From IMG/VR virus record IMGVR_UViG_3300009164_000047, positions 33,705-97,704 of that record: DNA of 64,000 nucleotides. The stretch is one strand, 5' to 3'. This stretch comes from a virus. How positions within the stretch are numbered: position 1 is the stretch's first letter; each line of letters begins with the position of its first letter. The position numbers and the translations under genes were made by a program. This document shows positions 46,395-56,262 of this stretch, in pieces. The notes beneath the pieces are model-generated. The model had not been told where the DNA came from, did no database searches, and worked only from the letters and a program-made list of their open reading frames with translations.

Positions 46395-47495
46395 ATGGCA
46401 TCACAAGTATCTGACAATCACACTATCACTAGTGTTCAAACCCGAAAAGCAATTCTATCTGCTTTCAAAACTAAACGACCTGTTTTTCTCTGGGGACCTC
46501 CCGGCATTGGTAAGTCTGAGGTCGTGCAAGAAATTGCCGATGAATTGAAAGGTCATGTTATTGACTTGCGTATGGCTCAAATGGAACCCACTGACATTCG
46601 TGGTATCCCGTTTTTTAACAAAGATATTAGCAAGATGGACTGGGCTCCCCCAGTAGACTTGCCCGATGAGGAACTTGCAAGCAAGTATCCTATTGTTGTA
46701 TTGTTCTTAGATGAAATGAACAGTGCCTCCCCAGCAGTACAAGCCGCAGGCTATCAGTTGATTCTGAATCGCCGTGTTGGTAAATACTTCTTGCCCGACA
46801 ATGTTGTTATCGTAGCGGCAGGTAATCGTGATAGTGACAAAGGTGTTACATATCGCATGCCAATGCCCCTTGCTAATCGTTTTATTCACTTAGAAATGCG
46901 CCCTGACTTTACGTCATGGCAACAATGGGCCGCAAACAAAGGCATTCACAAAGACGTTGTGGGTTACTTGTCGTTTGCTAAACAAGATTTGTATGATTTT
47001 GATAGCAAATCCTCAAGTCGTGCATTTGCAACACCCCGTAGCTGGTGTTTTGTTAGCGATTTGATTAGCGATACAGAAATGGATGAGGATACTCAATTCA
47101 ATTTGGTAGCAGGTGCTGTTGGTGAAGGTCTTGCAGTTAAGTTTAAAGCACACCGCAAGGTAGCAGGTAAGATGCCCGACCCTAGCGACATTCTTGCAGG
47201 TAAAGTGAAAGACCTTGCAGTTAAAGAAATTTCTGCAATGTATTCACTTGCAATTGGTATGTGCTATGAATTGCGTGATGCACACCAAAACAAAAAAGTT
47301 GATAGCAAGAAGTTCCACGAAATGGCTCAAAACTTCTTTGACTTCACAATGTCAAACTTTGAGACTGAGTTGGTCGTGGTTGCGGCAAAGATTGCACTTA
47401 AAACATATTTGCTTCCAATCGAACCTAGTCAGTTGAAAAACTTTGATGAGTTTCACAAGAAATACGGTAAATATATCGTTGATGCAGGTAATTGA
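46395..47495 (+). CDS. MoxR-like AAA+ ATPase
   Basis: Walker A GPPGIGKS, Walker B LFLDE, AAGN, LANRF, TPRSW. Confidence 0.9.
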   Translation: MASQVSDNHTITSVQTRKAILSAFKTKRPVFLWGPPGIGKSEVVQEIADELKGHVIDLRMAQMEPTDIRGIPFFNKDISKMDWAPPVDLPDEELASKYPIVVLFLDEMNSASPAVQAAGYQLILNRRVGKYFLPDNVVIVAAGNRDSDKGVTYRMPMPLANRFIHLEMRPDFTSWQQWAANKGIHKDVVGYLSFAKQDLYDFDSKSSSRAFATPRSWCFVSDLISDTEMDEDTQFNLVAGAVGEGLAVKFKAHRKVAGKMPDPSDILAGKVKDLAVKEISAMYSLAIGMCYELRDAHQNKKVDSKKFHEMAQNFFDFTMSNFETELVVVAAKIALKTYLLPIEPSQLKNFDEFHKKYGKYIVDAGN

Positions 47496-47540
47496 TTTGG
47501 GCAACGAAAGTTGACTCCCTCGGTGTCGAAAGACACCTTT

Positions 47541-47575
47541 GAGCGGGGGTGGTGTGAATGCCCCCGCTCTTTTTT
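47541..47575 (+). terminator. Rho-independent terminator
   Basis: GAGCGGGGG...CCCCCGCTC-TTTTTT. Confidence 0.8.
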
Positions 47576-47576
47576 A

Positions 47577-47605
47577 TTGACAATAAATCAAACATCTGCT
47601 ATACT
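47577..47605 (+). promoter_or_regulatory. Sigma70 promoter
   Basis: TTGACA-N17-TATACT with extended TG. Confidence 0.85.
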
Positions 47606-47633
47606 ATCAGTATTAAATTATTAAGGAAACAAC

Positions 47634-48923
47634 ATGAGTGACGTAATTGCCCCTACAAAAAAGAAAAGACGCAATAAGAAATTTGACAATCTTATTGGTC
47701 CATATGATGCTAAGGTAGATAATCTAGCACGTGAACGATTAGTGTCCGCACGTATTGGTTTGTTGTTACGTCATAGTTTCTTTGGTAATCTTGCTACTCG
47801 CATGAAATTAGTTAACGCTGATGAATGGTGTGCAACAGCGGCAACAGATGGATCAAAATTTTATTACAATAGCCGCTTTATTATGTTGTTGAAGCCTAAA
47901 GAAGTTGAATTCTTAGTAGGTCATGAAGTGTTACATGTTGTATATGACCACATGGGTCGTAGAGGTACACGTGATCCTCAGTTGTGGAATATTGCTGATG
48001 ACTATTGTGTGAATGCTGACTTGAAAAAGCACAATGTAGGCCAATTCATTACATCGGTGCCTTGCTTGTATGAAAGAAAATATGAAGGCTGGACTGCTGA
48101 GGCAGTATATGATGACTTATACGACAAAGCAGACAAAATTAATTTGGATAAACTAATTGACCAAATGCTTGATGAGCATATGGATGGTGATAGCGATGGT
48201 GATAGCGAAGGTGAGGGTGATGGAGACGGTGATAGCGACAAAAAAAGCAAACGCCCACGCATGAGTTCCGAAGAACGTGAACAAGCACGTCAGGAAATGA
48301 AACAAGCTATTCTGCAAGCCGCACAAAGTGCTGAGGCAGGTTCTATCCCTGCAGGTGTTGAACGATTGATTAAACAAGTTACTGACCCAGTTATGCCCTG
48401 GCGTGAACTGATTCAAACTAACTTGACTAGTTGCATTCGCACTGACTTTAGCTGGATGCGAGCCAATCGTAAAGGCTGGCACATGGATGCTATCATGCCC
48501 GGCATGACACCGGGTGAAGAGATTGACGTTGTTGTGTCACTTGATATGTCAGGTAGTATTAGCAATGCACAAGCACAAGCATTCTTGGGTGAGATTGCTG
48601 GTATGATGGATAGCTTTGATGGTTATAAGGTACATGTATTCTGTTTTGATACTAACACATATAACCCACAAGACTTCTCAAGTGAGAACATGGATCGTAT
48701 TGATGAATACGAACCTCAAGGCGGTGGTGGTACTGACTTTGATTGTATCTTTGATTACTTGAAAGAAAATGCAATTGAACCTAATCGTTTGATTGTGTTT
48801 ACTGATGGATATCCTTTCGGTAGCTGGGGTGACCCTGATTATTGTGATACTACTTGGATCATTCACGGTGACAAAAACCCGAATCCCCCGTTCGGTACTT
48901 ACGCAATTTATGATGAAAAATAA
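47634..48923 (+). CDS. Metallopeptidase-VWA protein (DUF2201-like)
   Basis: TAATDG, HEVLH, WNIA.D, acidic linker, MIDAS DMSGS, GGGTDF, FTDG. Confidence 0.85.
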   Translation: MSDVIAPTKKKRRNKKFDNLIGPYDAKVDNLARERLVSARIGLLLRHSFFGNLATRMKLVNADEWCATAATDGSKFYYNSRFIMLLKPKEVEFLVGHEVLHVVYDHMGRRGTRDPQLWNIADDYCVNADLKKHNVGQFITSVPCLYERKYEGWTAEAVYDDLYDKADKINLDKLIDQMLDEHMDGDSDGDSEGEGDGDGDSDKKSKRPRMSSEEREQARQEMKQAILQAAQSAEAGSIPAGVERLIKQVTDPVMPWRELIQTNLTSCIRTDFSWMRANRKGWHMDAIMPGMTPGEEIDVVVSLDMSGSISNAQAQAFLGEIAGMMDSFDGYKVHVFCFDTNTYNPQDFSSENMDRIDEYEPQGGGGTDFDCIFDYLKENAIEPNRLIVFTDGYPFGSWGDPDYCDTTWIIHGDKNPNPPFGTYAIYDEK

Positions 48924-48932
48924 GGAAACATA

Positions 48933-49064
48933 ATGGAAACTATAACTACTCTTGCTAATATTTTTGGTACACTATTCCTACTAGGAAGTGTTGCTGGTAT
49001 ATTCTATGTTTTTTATAGATTATTAAAACATACCTTAACTACTGTTAAAAACAACGATGATTGA
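48933..49064 (+). CDS. 43-aa membrane protein
   Basis: AAGGA RBS and one TM segment (IFGTLFLLGSVAGIFYVFY). Confidence 0.6.
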   Translation: METITTLANIFGTLFLLGSVAGIFYVFYRLLKHTLTTVKNNDD

Positions 49065-49072
49065 GATTTAAT

Positions 49073-49483
49073 ATGATGTACATTGGTACTAGTTTTGGTG
49101 GATGCTTGCTTAGCCTCATGAATGGTGAAGTGTCCGAGGATGAGGTTATGGTCATCATAACTCGTACCGATGCACCTGACTATGATAGATATATTGGTGT
49201 AGTGAAAGCATATCACGCACAAGGTAATCCTTTTGCTCGTAATCCTGAACGTTATGATTTGGATGATTACGAACTAGAGGATTTGGTTGCCCTTGCACAT
49301 AGATTATGGTATGCTGGTAAGATTCACCAACCAAGAAGATTTGTAGGTGACAATGATTACTTACATCCATTTAAAAATGGTCACAAACTTTGGTTTCAAG
49401 TTGTCCCCACTATTGATAATGATACACCTGCAGTTGTAGATGCCTACGAAAAATACAAAATGCTGGACCTATTGACAAGATAA
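49073..49483 (+). CDS. Hypothetical protein
   Basis: IGTS...C...GKIHQPR; start taken at the first ATG. Confidence 0.6.
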   Translation: MMYIGTSFGGCLLSLMNGEVSEDEVMVIITRTDAPDYDRYIGVVKAYHAQGNPFARNPERYDLDDYELEDLVALAHRLWYAGKIHQPRRFVGDNDYLHPFKNGHKLWFQVVPTIDNDTPAVVDAYEKYKMLDLLTR

Positions 49484-49544
49484 ATTTTACCACTAATCAA
49501 ACTCATATTAAATATCTTAAGCATAAAAGCTTTAGGAGAATATT

Positions 49545-50231
49545 ATGAGTTTTTTAAGACATGTTGGTAAAATGGGTGATAGAAAAGTGGCAATCGTATT
49601 TCGGGAAATCCCCGGCGAGCCGCATATGGGTTTAGTTGTTAATACAGAAACACTTCATGCCCAATTACATGATGCATTGATAAGAAGCATTGAAAGCGAT
49701 ATCGGTCAAGCCAGCGAACACCTAGCTGATGCATTAAACCGTAGTTACACACAAGATGGTAAAATCATTCTTCAAGTGTTGCACAGAGAAGGTATGTTGA
49801 AAAAAGTACAAACTGCTCAAGTGTTAGTAACACCAAATCCTACTACTACAATTAGACTTGATGAATTAAACAAGATACTAAATGATATGAAACAGGGTGA
49901 GGATGCAGTTAGAAAAATGGCTGACATGGATCAAAGTGCAGGAATGAGAACTCCTGCAGAAGTAGCACGTAAAATGCGTGATCCAATCGTATCTAACGCT
50001 GTACTTGATGACATGGTTCTTGCTAAACAACGTATTGAACAAGCTGAAAAAATGGAACGTGAAGCAAATGGTTTACTTGCAGAATCTAAACGTTTGCGTG
50101 ATGAAGCTGTTCAAATGGCTCCTTCATTGCAACCAGCACCCGCAAAAACAACTAAAGCAAAAAAAGCTAAAGTTGTTGAAGCAGTTGTTGCACCAGCTAA
50201 AGCACCTAGAAAAACTAAGACCACTGCCTAA
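49545..50231 (+). CDS. Hypothetical protein with coiled coil and Lys/Ala/Pro-rich tail
   Basis: 228 aa, AGGAG RBS. Confidence 0.65.
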   Translation: MSFLRHVGKMGDRKVAIVFREIPGEPHMGLVVNTETLHAQLHDALIRSIESDIGQASEHLADALNRSYTQDGKIILQVLHREGMLKKVQTAQVLVTPNPTTTIRLDELNKILNDMKQGEDAVRKMADMDQSAGMRTPAEVARKMRDPIVSNAVLDDMVLAKQRIEQAEKMEREANGLLAESKRLRDEAVQMAPSLQPAPAKTTKAKKAKVVEAVVAPAKAPRKTKTTA

Positions 50232-50256
50232 TTCCGATTAACAAAGGAACCGGGTA

Positions 50257-50553
50257 ATGTCAAATGAATTATATAACAAATGGCAAAATATCCTTGAGGA
50301 TGTTGAAAAGAGTAAAATACCTATTCAATTCATCAAAAAGATTATTCTTAAATTTCAAGGAAAACGTCAACAAACTATTAATATTCAAACATTACTAAAA
50401 CAAGGCTTAGAGCCTGAAGAGGTGGAAGAAATAGTTAATCGCAAATTGATTGAACTTGACCATCAAATTGTTAATCTTGAATTTATATTGAATGTTGAAA
50501 ACATTGCTGATACAGTACAGCCTGAGACAGATAAGTTATTAGGTAAACTATAA
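50257..50553 (+). CDS. Hypothetical protein
   Basis: 98 aa, AAGGA RBS. Confidence 0.6.
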   Translation: MSNELYNKWQNILEDVEKSKIPIQFIKKIILKFQGKRQQTINIQTLLKQGLEPEEVEEIVNRKLIELDHQIVNLEFILNVENIADTVQPETDKLLGKL

Positions 50554-50556
50554 AAC

Positions 50557-50583
50557 AAATTGCCCTAAAGTTTAGGGCAATTT
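50557..50583. terminator. Perfect 13-bp inverted repeat (terminator or operator)
   Basis: AAATTGCCCTAAA-G-TTTAGGGCAATTT. Confidence 0.6.
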
Positions 50584-50629
50584 GCCAAATGATGTTGTAT
50601 TAAGTTTAATGATTTGATATAATCGCAAC

Positions 50630-51472
50630 ATGAAAACATATTTACAACTTTTACAAGATATATTAGATAACGGAGAAACAAAAGATGATAGAACTGGTGT
50701 TGGCACTATTAGTGTGTTTGGACGTAATCTTCGCTTTGATTTGCGTAGGGGCTTTCCAGCCGTCACAACTAAAAAGTTGGCTTGGAAAGCGTGTGTAGGT
50801 GAATTACTTTGGTTCATTGAAGGCTCGCAAGATGAAAGACGTTTAGCAGAGATTACTCATGGTAGCAGAGAAGGCACCGTAACAATTTGGACACCAAACG
50901 CACTAGCACCTTACTGGAAAGATAAAGCAAAATTTGAAGGTGACTTGGGAAGAGTATATGGAGTACAATGGCGGCACTGGAGAAATGATGAAAAAGAAAT
51001 TGACCAACTAAAGAACTTACTTGAGGGTTTAGTTAAAGACCCTAATGGTCGTAGACATATTCTTAGTGCTTGGAATGTAGGTGAAATGGATCAAATGGCT
51101 TTGCCACCGTGTCATGTAATGAGTCAATTTTATGTCAACAAAAACAAAGAACTCTCTTGTCATATGTACCAGCGCAGTGTGGATGTGTTTCTTGGCTTAC
51201 CTTTTAACATTGCTAGCTATGCGTTGCTTACACATTTAATCGCACATCATTGTAATTTAAAAGTAGGTGAGTTGATTATAAGTACTGGCGATACGCATAT
51301 CTATACCGATCATGTTGACCAAGTTAAAGAACAATTAAATCGTGAGCCACACCCATTACCAATATTGATGTTGAATTCACAAAAGAACAATATCTTTGAA
51401 ATGACAATGCAGGACATTCATTTAGAGAACTATCAAAGCCACGATGCGATTAGGGCAAAGATGGCAGTATGA
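50630..51472 (+). CDS. thyA: Thymidylate synthase
   Basis: DRTGVGT, ELLWF, YGVQWR, ALPPCH, YQRSVDVFLGLPFNIASY. Confidence 0.97.
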   Translation: MKTYLQLLQDILDNGETKDDRTGVGTISVFGRNLRFDLRRGFPAVTTKKLAWKACVGELLWFIEGSQDERRLAEITHGSREGTVTIWTPNALAPYWKDKAKFEGDLGRVYGVQWRHWRNDEKEIDQLKNLLEGLVKDPNGRRHILSAWNVGEMDQMALPPCHVMSQFYVNKNKELSCHMYQRSVDVFLGLPFNIASYALLTHLIAHHCNLKVGELIISTGDTHIYTDHVDQVKEQLNREPHPLPILMLNSQKNNIFEMTMQDIHLENYQSHDAIRAKMAV

Positions 51473-51732
51473 TAATGTATGAAGATTCTGATACTAAGGT
51501 ATTCACTTATCTGGTGCATGAGTTTATGATGGGTGATGTTGAGGATCCTGATTTATTTGCATCACAACATCTTTGGGAGTGGGAGAAAACAGATTCAGGT
51601 AATTGGGTAATGAATAATAGTGAACCCACCGCAAGCTGGCATAGAATTCCTGATGGATATGGTTGGAGATATGAAATTCGTGCTTATCTTACATCAGAAC
51701 AATTAATGTATTATAGGTTACGTTTTGAATAA
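51469..51732 (+). CDS. Hypothetical protein
   Basis: 87 aa, MGDVEDPD...WE.T..G.W. Confidence 0.6.
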   Translation: MIMYEDSDTKVFTYLVHEFMMGDVEDPDLFASQHLWEWEKTDSGNWVMNNSEPTASWHRIPDGYGWRYEIRAYLTSEQLMYYRLRFE

Positions 51733-51943
51733 ATTAGAATTTATTGTTAAGTGGTCGGCTACTGTTTTTGCACTTGCAACAGTGTATCTTACTAGCCATG
51801 ATATTATACCATTGAACAAATATATAGGTATCATAACTGCATTCTTGTGGATGTGGTTAGGCTTTATGTGGAAACAACCAAGCATGTGGGTATTGAATAT
51901 TATTATGATTGCGTTATATGTTAAAGGATTATTTACGTTATGA
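51725..51943 (+). CDS. Small multi-pass membrane protein
   Basis: About three hydrophobic helices; TTG start overlaps the upstream stop. Confidence 0.55.
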   Translation: MNKLEFIVKWSATVFALATVYLTSHDIIPLNKYIGIITAFLWMWLGFMWKQPSMWVLNIIMIALYVKGLFTL

Positions 51944-52902
51944 ATATTTTAGTGACAGGTGGATTAGGATTGATTGGTCACAATGTAGTTAAGAGACTAC
52001 AGGATCAAGGACATATTGTATCAATCATAGATACAAAAACAAATTACGGACTTATTCCGCAAGAAGAAATTGACTATCTAATGTATAATCGTTTGAAAAA
52101 GATAGATGAATATAAAGGTGCTATCTATACATACGATATTTCAAACAATGATATTGATGGTGTATTTCAAATTGAAGAACCTGAAATTGTAATTCATTTA
52201 GCAAGTTTCCCTAGACAAAAAGTTGTGAATGAAAACCCAATTTTAGGTAGTCGTACTATGAGTGAAGGACTAATAAATTTATTAGAAGCTAGCAATAAAT
52301 ATGAAGTAAGGAAGTTTATCTATATCAGCAGTTCAATGGTATATGGTGATTTTACTGATGATGTTACAGAAGATGCCATCTGTAATCCCCAAGGACAATA
52401 TGGCATTATGAAATTAGCAGGAGAATGGCTTGTTAGAGATTATACTCGTAGAACTAATATTGTGCATACTATCATTCGCCCTAGTGCTGTTTATGGACCT
52501 CTGGATGTAGAAGATAGAGTAATAAGTAAATTTTTACTTGCCGCAATGCGCGGAGAAACTATCCAAGTTAACGGTGAAACAGAAACACTAGACTTCACAT
52601 ATGTGGATGACGCCGCAGATGGTATTGTTGCTGCCGCACTATCTGATAATACGGAAAACAAGACATACAATATCACAAAAAGTCACAGCGTGACACTATT
52701 AGAAGCCGCACGTATGGCACTAGAACTTGCTGGTGGCGGCATGTTGACCATAAGAGATAGAGATTTAGACTTTCCAAGCAGGGGTGCATTGAATATTGAT
52801 GCAGCCAGACGTGACTTTGGCTTTGACCCCAAAGTTGATGTAGCAGAGGGCTTCAAAATATACTATGATTGGTTAAAGTCAGACTCATATTTTAATAAAT
52901 AA
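51940..52902 (+). CDS. NAD-dependent nucleotide-sugar epimerase/dehydratase
   Basis: TGGLGLIG, ISSSMVYG, YGIMK (YxxxK), DFTYVDD. Confidence 0.9.
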   Translation: MNILVTGGLGLIGHNVVKRLQDQGHIVSIIDTKTNYGLIPQEEIDYLMYNRLKKIDEYKGAIYTYDISNNDIDGVFQIEEPEIVIHLASFPRQKVVNENPILGSRTMSEGLINLLEASNKYEVRKFIYISSSMVYGDFTDDVTEDAICNPQGQYGIMKLAGEWLVRDYTRRTNIVHTIIRPSAVYGPLDVEDRVISKFLLAAMRGETIQVNGETETLDFTYVDDAADGIVAAALSDNTENKTYNITKSHSVTLLEAARMALELAGGGMLTIRDRDLDFPSRGALNIDAARRDFGFDPKVDVAEGFKIYYDWLKSDSYFNK

Positions 52903-52906
52903 CTAT

Positions 52907-53353
52907 ATGTGGATAATATCATTTTTGCCCGATTGGGTCTTTCATGCAATGTTAATCGGTGGTATACTGGGAACAGTAGCCGGATTTGTATTAGGAATGG
53001 TTCCTGGAATCAAAATGTATGTTCTTCCAATACGTGTCATTAGTTTGATTGTTCTTGCTTTTGCCTTATATTTAGAAGGTGGATTAGCAGATTATGCAGC
53101 CTGGCAGCTTAAAGTCAAAGAAGTTGAAGCTAAATTAGCTGAGGCTGAACTTAAAAGTGCCAAAGAGAATACAAAGATAGTTACTAAAGTAATTACAAAA
53201 ACTCAGATTGTACGGACACGTGGAGAAAATATTGTAAAATATATTGACCGTGAAATAGTCAAGTATGACACTAAATTTGCCCCCGGTGGACAATGTGAGA
53301 TCCCTAAAGATTTTATTAAAGCATTGAATGATGCGGCGGAGGCACCAAAATGA
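52907..53353 (+). CDS. Putative inner-membrane spanin (Rz-like)
   Basis: N-terminal TM helices, coiled coil, and C-terminal C.IP..F...LN; overlaps a lipoprotein gene. Confidence 0.7.
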   Translation: MWIISFLPDWVFHAMLIGGILGTVAGFVLGMVPGIKMYVLPIRVISLIVLAFALYLEGGLADYAAWQLKVKEVEAKLAEAELKSAKENTKIVTKVITKTQIVRTRGENIVKYIDREIVKYDTKFAPGGQCEIPKDFIKALNDAAEAPK

Positions 53354-53637
53354 ATTTACTTAAATTATTTGTACTAGCAATTTTTATCATACTTGCATTC
53401 TTAGCAACAGGATGTAGTACTATTGTACCAGTAACTGTTAAGTTTCCAGAAGCACCGGAACAACTTTTAGTAAAATGTCCTCAATTAGACAAATTAGAAG
53501 AAGAACCAAAGTTAAGCGACATAACCAAGACAATCATAAAAAATTATACCACTTACTATGAATGCGCTGTTAAAAACGATTCATGGATAGAGTGGTATAA
53601 AATTCAAAAAGATATTTTTGATAAAGCTGGCAAATAA
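53350..53637 (+). CDS. Putative outer-membrane spanin lipoprotein (Rz1-like)
   Basis: Lipobox LATGC, Pro-rich FPEAP..L...CP, NY..YYEC. Confidence 0.75.
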   Translation: MNLLKLFVLAIFIILAFLATGCSTIVPVTVKFPEAPEQLLVKCPQLDKLEEEPKLSDITKTIIKNYTTYYECAVKNDSWIEWYKIQKDIFDKAGK

Positions 53638-54453
53638 TTACTCAGCATTCTTTCCGCATTTAGCACGTTTAGCGTTAGTTAATGCGCCATAGTCAACTGG
53701 CCATTCTTTTCCCGGCTGCAATTCTGTAGCGTTTTTAGGGAAAGCATAAGTTACTCCCGCTTGTTTCTGTATATCAGCAACCGATACACGGAACTTAGTC
53801 AAATCATTACCTAAGTTAACATATGGTTTAGTATGAGGGAATACCCATCCAGCAACTTGTCCTGTAGTTTGATTAATTACAATCTTGTAGTAAGCATGCG
53901 GAACGATAATTCCCCTACCAATAGTCAAATCACCTGCACCATACAATGCACCTACATAAACAGTTAGGGGTTGTTTTAATTGGACTGCCCAACCTCTAAC
54001 ACTTGTCTCTAATAGTTTCCATATACCACGATTCAATGAACCATGTTGTGGATACATGTTAGTCATTAAGAAACTCTCATACTCTACTTGTTGAGTCCAA
54101 CTCAAGTCACCATCAGGAACAGCATGTCCTTTATCGTATCCTGTACCAGCATAGTCATCCGGTGTTGCACCGCCAGCTATACTCTTGTCAGCAACAAACG
54201 CATTAGTACGTGGGAAACACCCTATTGCATTTTGTGGTAGTAATGTATATGCTACATATACTGGAATCTTAACAGGAGCATCATATGCTACAAGATATGC
54301 TTCGCGGCAGATTGGTTGTGCAGTACGTGCAGTTTGTGCAAATCCATAAGGGCTATGAACTTGACATGCTTGTACGGGTAGGGGAGGGCGTTGATCCCAA
54401 GAAAAAGTGGTTGTAGATGCTAGAGCCAGCATCAGTGCTAAAAATATACGCAT
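53638..54453 (-). CDS. DNA/RNA non-specific endonuclease (NucA/EndoG family) with signal peptide
   Basis: GYDKGH, ESFLMTNMYPQ...LNRGIW..LE, VPHAYYK; hydrophobic N-terminus. Confidence 0.9.
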   Translation of the reverse strand: MRIFLALMLALASTTTFSWDQRPPLPVQACQVHSPYGFAQTARTAQPICREAYLVAYDAPVKIPVYVAYTLLPQNAIGCFPRTNAFVADKSIAGGATPDDYAGTGYDKGHAVPDGDLSWTQQVEYESFLMTNMYPQHGSLNRGIWKLLETSVRGWAVQLKQPLTVYVGALYGAGDLTIGRGIIVPHAYYKIVINQTTGQVAGWVFPHTKPYVNLGNDLTKFRVSVADIQKQAGVTYAFPKNATELQPGKEWPVDYGALTNAKRAKCGKNAE

Positions 54454-54478
54454 ATTTGTCTCCTAAATATACGTATAT

Positions 54479-55018
54479 TTATCTTCTATGATTCATTATC
54501 CTACGCATGGCATCTAGTTCTTCTTCCATTGTTTGTGGTTGGTCGGGTTCACCTTGTGTATACTGCATACTTGTCTGTACAGGAGCATTCTCATCTCCTT
54601 GTTGATTTACTGTTGCTTTAGCAACCCCCATATCGTATGACATGTTTGCAGATGTTTGTTTTCCTGCAGGGTCTTGATACTGAGTTGCATCTAAACTGCC
54701 ATCGTTGTATCTTTGTTTTTGTCCACCGGAAGCAATTCCCTTACCCTGTGCGCTACCTGTATATGTTTTCTTTGAATAACCATTTAAACTTGGGGTAGTG
54801 TGTGAAATGGGTGTACCTTGAACACTGGTTACATCGGATCCCATACCACTTGTTGTAGTCTGTTTTCCGGTACTAGTATCAATAGTAGTTCTTTGTCCTG
54901 CAGGACCTTCTTTACCATTGGCATAAAAATCAGCCGTATTTGCAAAGCGACTTACGCCCTCTTCTTCTGTTAATCTATTCAGCATAGAAACGTATGCTTT
55001 TACGTATTTCGAGTCCAT
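54479..55018 (-). CDS. Hypothetical hydrophilic protein (MDSKYVKAY...)
   Basis: Start at 55018 after AAGGAA; late motif upstream. Confidence 0.6.
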   Translation of the reverse strand: MDSKYVKAYVSMLNRLTEEEGVSRFANTADFYANGKEGPAGQRTTIDTSTGKQTTTSGMGSDVTSVQGTPISHTTPSLNGYSKKTYTGSAQGKGIASGGQKQRYNDGSLDATQYQDPAGKQTSANMSYDMGVAKATVNQQGDENAPVQTSMQYTQGEPDQPQTMEEELDAMRRIMNHRR

Positions 55019-55040
55019 TTGTGTTCCTTGGAAGTATGTA

Positions 55041-55057
55041 GTATTTATGATAAATAC
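55041..55057. promoter_or_regulatory. Back-to-back late-promoter motifs
   Basis: GTATTTAT-G-ATAAATAC palindrome between divergent genes. Confidence 0.65.
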
Positions 55058-55077
55058 AGTATTACGGAACATATCAC

Positions 55078-55839
55078 ATGGCATACGCAAACATTATTAT
55101 AGGTGAGTTACCCAACGACGGAACGGGTGATCCGTTACGAGTTGCATTTGGCAAAATAAACAATAATTTTGCTAATTTACAGACATTGGTTGACCCTGAA
55201 GGTCCTATCGGAGCTTTTCAGTTCAAAACAATTTCAGAAATTGACGGGGCAACTTCTAACAGTTACTCAGGTACTAGTGCCTTAACATTCGACGGTAGTA
55301 ATGTCACAATAGGTACTAATATAATACCATCAATTACCACTGTTAATATTGGTAGTTCATCAAATACAATTCAAAATATATATGTAGGGAATAGTATTAA
55401 AGTCAATGGTGTAACATTAACCGGTGGTACAGATACTATTACCTCTTCTGCCACATTACGTGCAGTTAACCTTACTGCTACTAGTACAATAAGACTTGGT
55501 ACTACTGTTTTAGTTGATAGCAGTGCATTCTTGGCAACCACTAGTAATAATGATATTGACCAAACACTATATGAAATCCCAATGTCTCAGGTAAGAACAG
55601 TAAGATTTGAAATTACATCAATTGAATCTAGTACACAAAACAGTCAATTTGCAGTAGTAGAAGCTACTAAACAAAACAATAATGCAGATGTAAAATATGT
55701 GATATCCGGTACTATATTTGTTGGTTCAGTACTAACACACTATAGTGTAACAACTGCGTTTGGACAACTAAAATTCAATGTTTCACCCTTTGCAAATAGC
55801 ACTATAACTCATAACGTAGTTGCTAAGATAAATACTTGA
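55078..55839 (+). CDS. Baseplate/tail protein with T4 gp9/gp10-like N-terminus
   Basis: NDGTGDPLRVAFGKINNNF. Confidence 0.7.
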   Translation: MAYANIIIGELPNDGTGDPLRVAFGKINNNFANLQTLVDPEGPIGAFQFKTISEIDGATSNSYSGTSALTFDGSNVTIGTNIIPSITTVNIGSSSNTIQNIYVGNSIKVNGVTLTGGTDTITSSATLRAVNLTATSTIRLGTTVLVDSSAFLATTSNNDIDQTLYEIPMSQVRTVRFEITSIESSTQNSQFAVVEATKQNNNADVKYVISGTIFVGSVLTHYSVTTAFGQLKFNVSPFANSTITHNVVAKINT

Positions 55840-55840
55840 T

Positions 55841-56212
55841 ATGAGAGCGAATGAATTCATGGCTGAATCAAGCCAAAAGAAAGTTTCTAAGAGACAATCA
55901 CAGTCTACTAGGGGATTGAATACATACGGTGATAGTGAACATGTTAGTAGTGATTATACTGCATATCGTTTGGGTATGGCAGTAGCAGGCGCAAATGGAA
56001 AAGATCCACTTCACATGCCAGCAAAAAGTTGGGTAGGTAAGCAAAAAACCACACACCCATATACGCAACAAGAACAGGATATGCTAAAACAAGCATATAA
56101 AGCTGTTGGTGCAGAGTATAAAGACTTAAATCACGGTGACATGAAAAGTAAAGAACTAGACGATACTCAAAAATCAAGCCCAATCAGCGGCTTCAAAGGT
56201 TTCGGAAAATAA
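55841..56212 (+). CDS. Hypothetical (possible internal head) protein
   Basis: MRANEFMAES start; late motif 6 nt upstream. Confidence 0.6.
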   Translation: MRANEFMAESSQKKVSKRQSQSTRGLNTYGDSEHVSSDYTAYRLGMAVAGANGKDPLHMPAKSWVGKQKTTHPYTQQEQDMLKQAYKAVGAEYKDLNHGDMKSKELDDTQKSSPISGFKGFGK

Positions 56213-56262
56213 TTCAATCACTTTATTTTTGAATAAGTAATTTTATCTTATTCAGGAAAACT

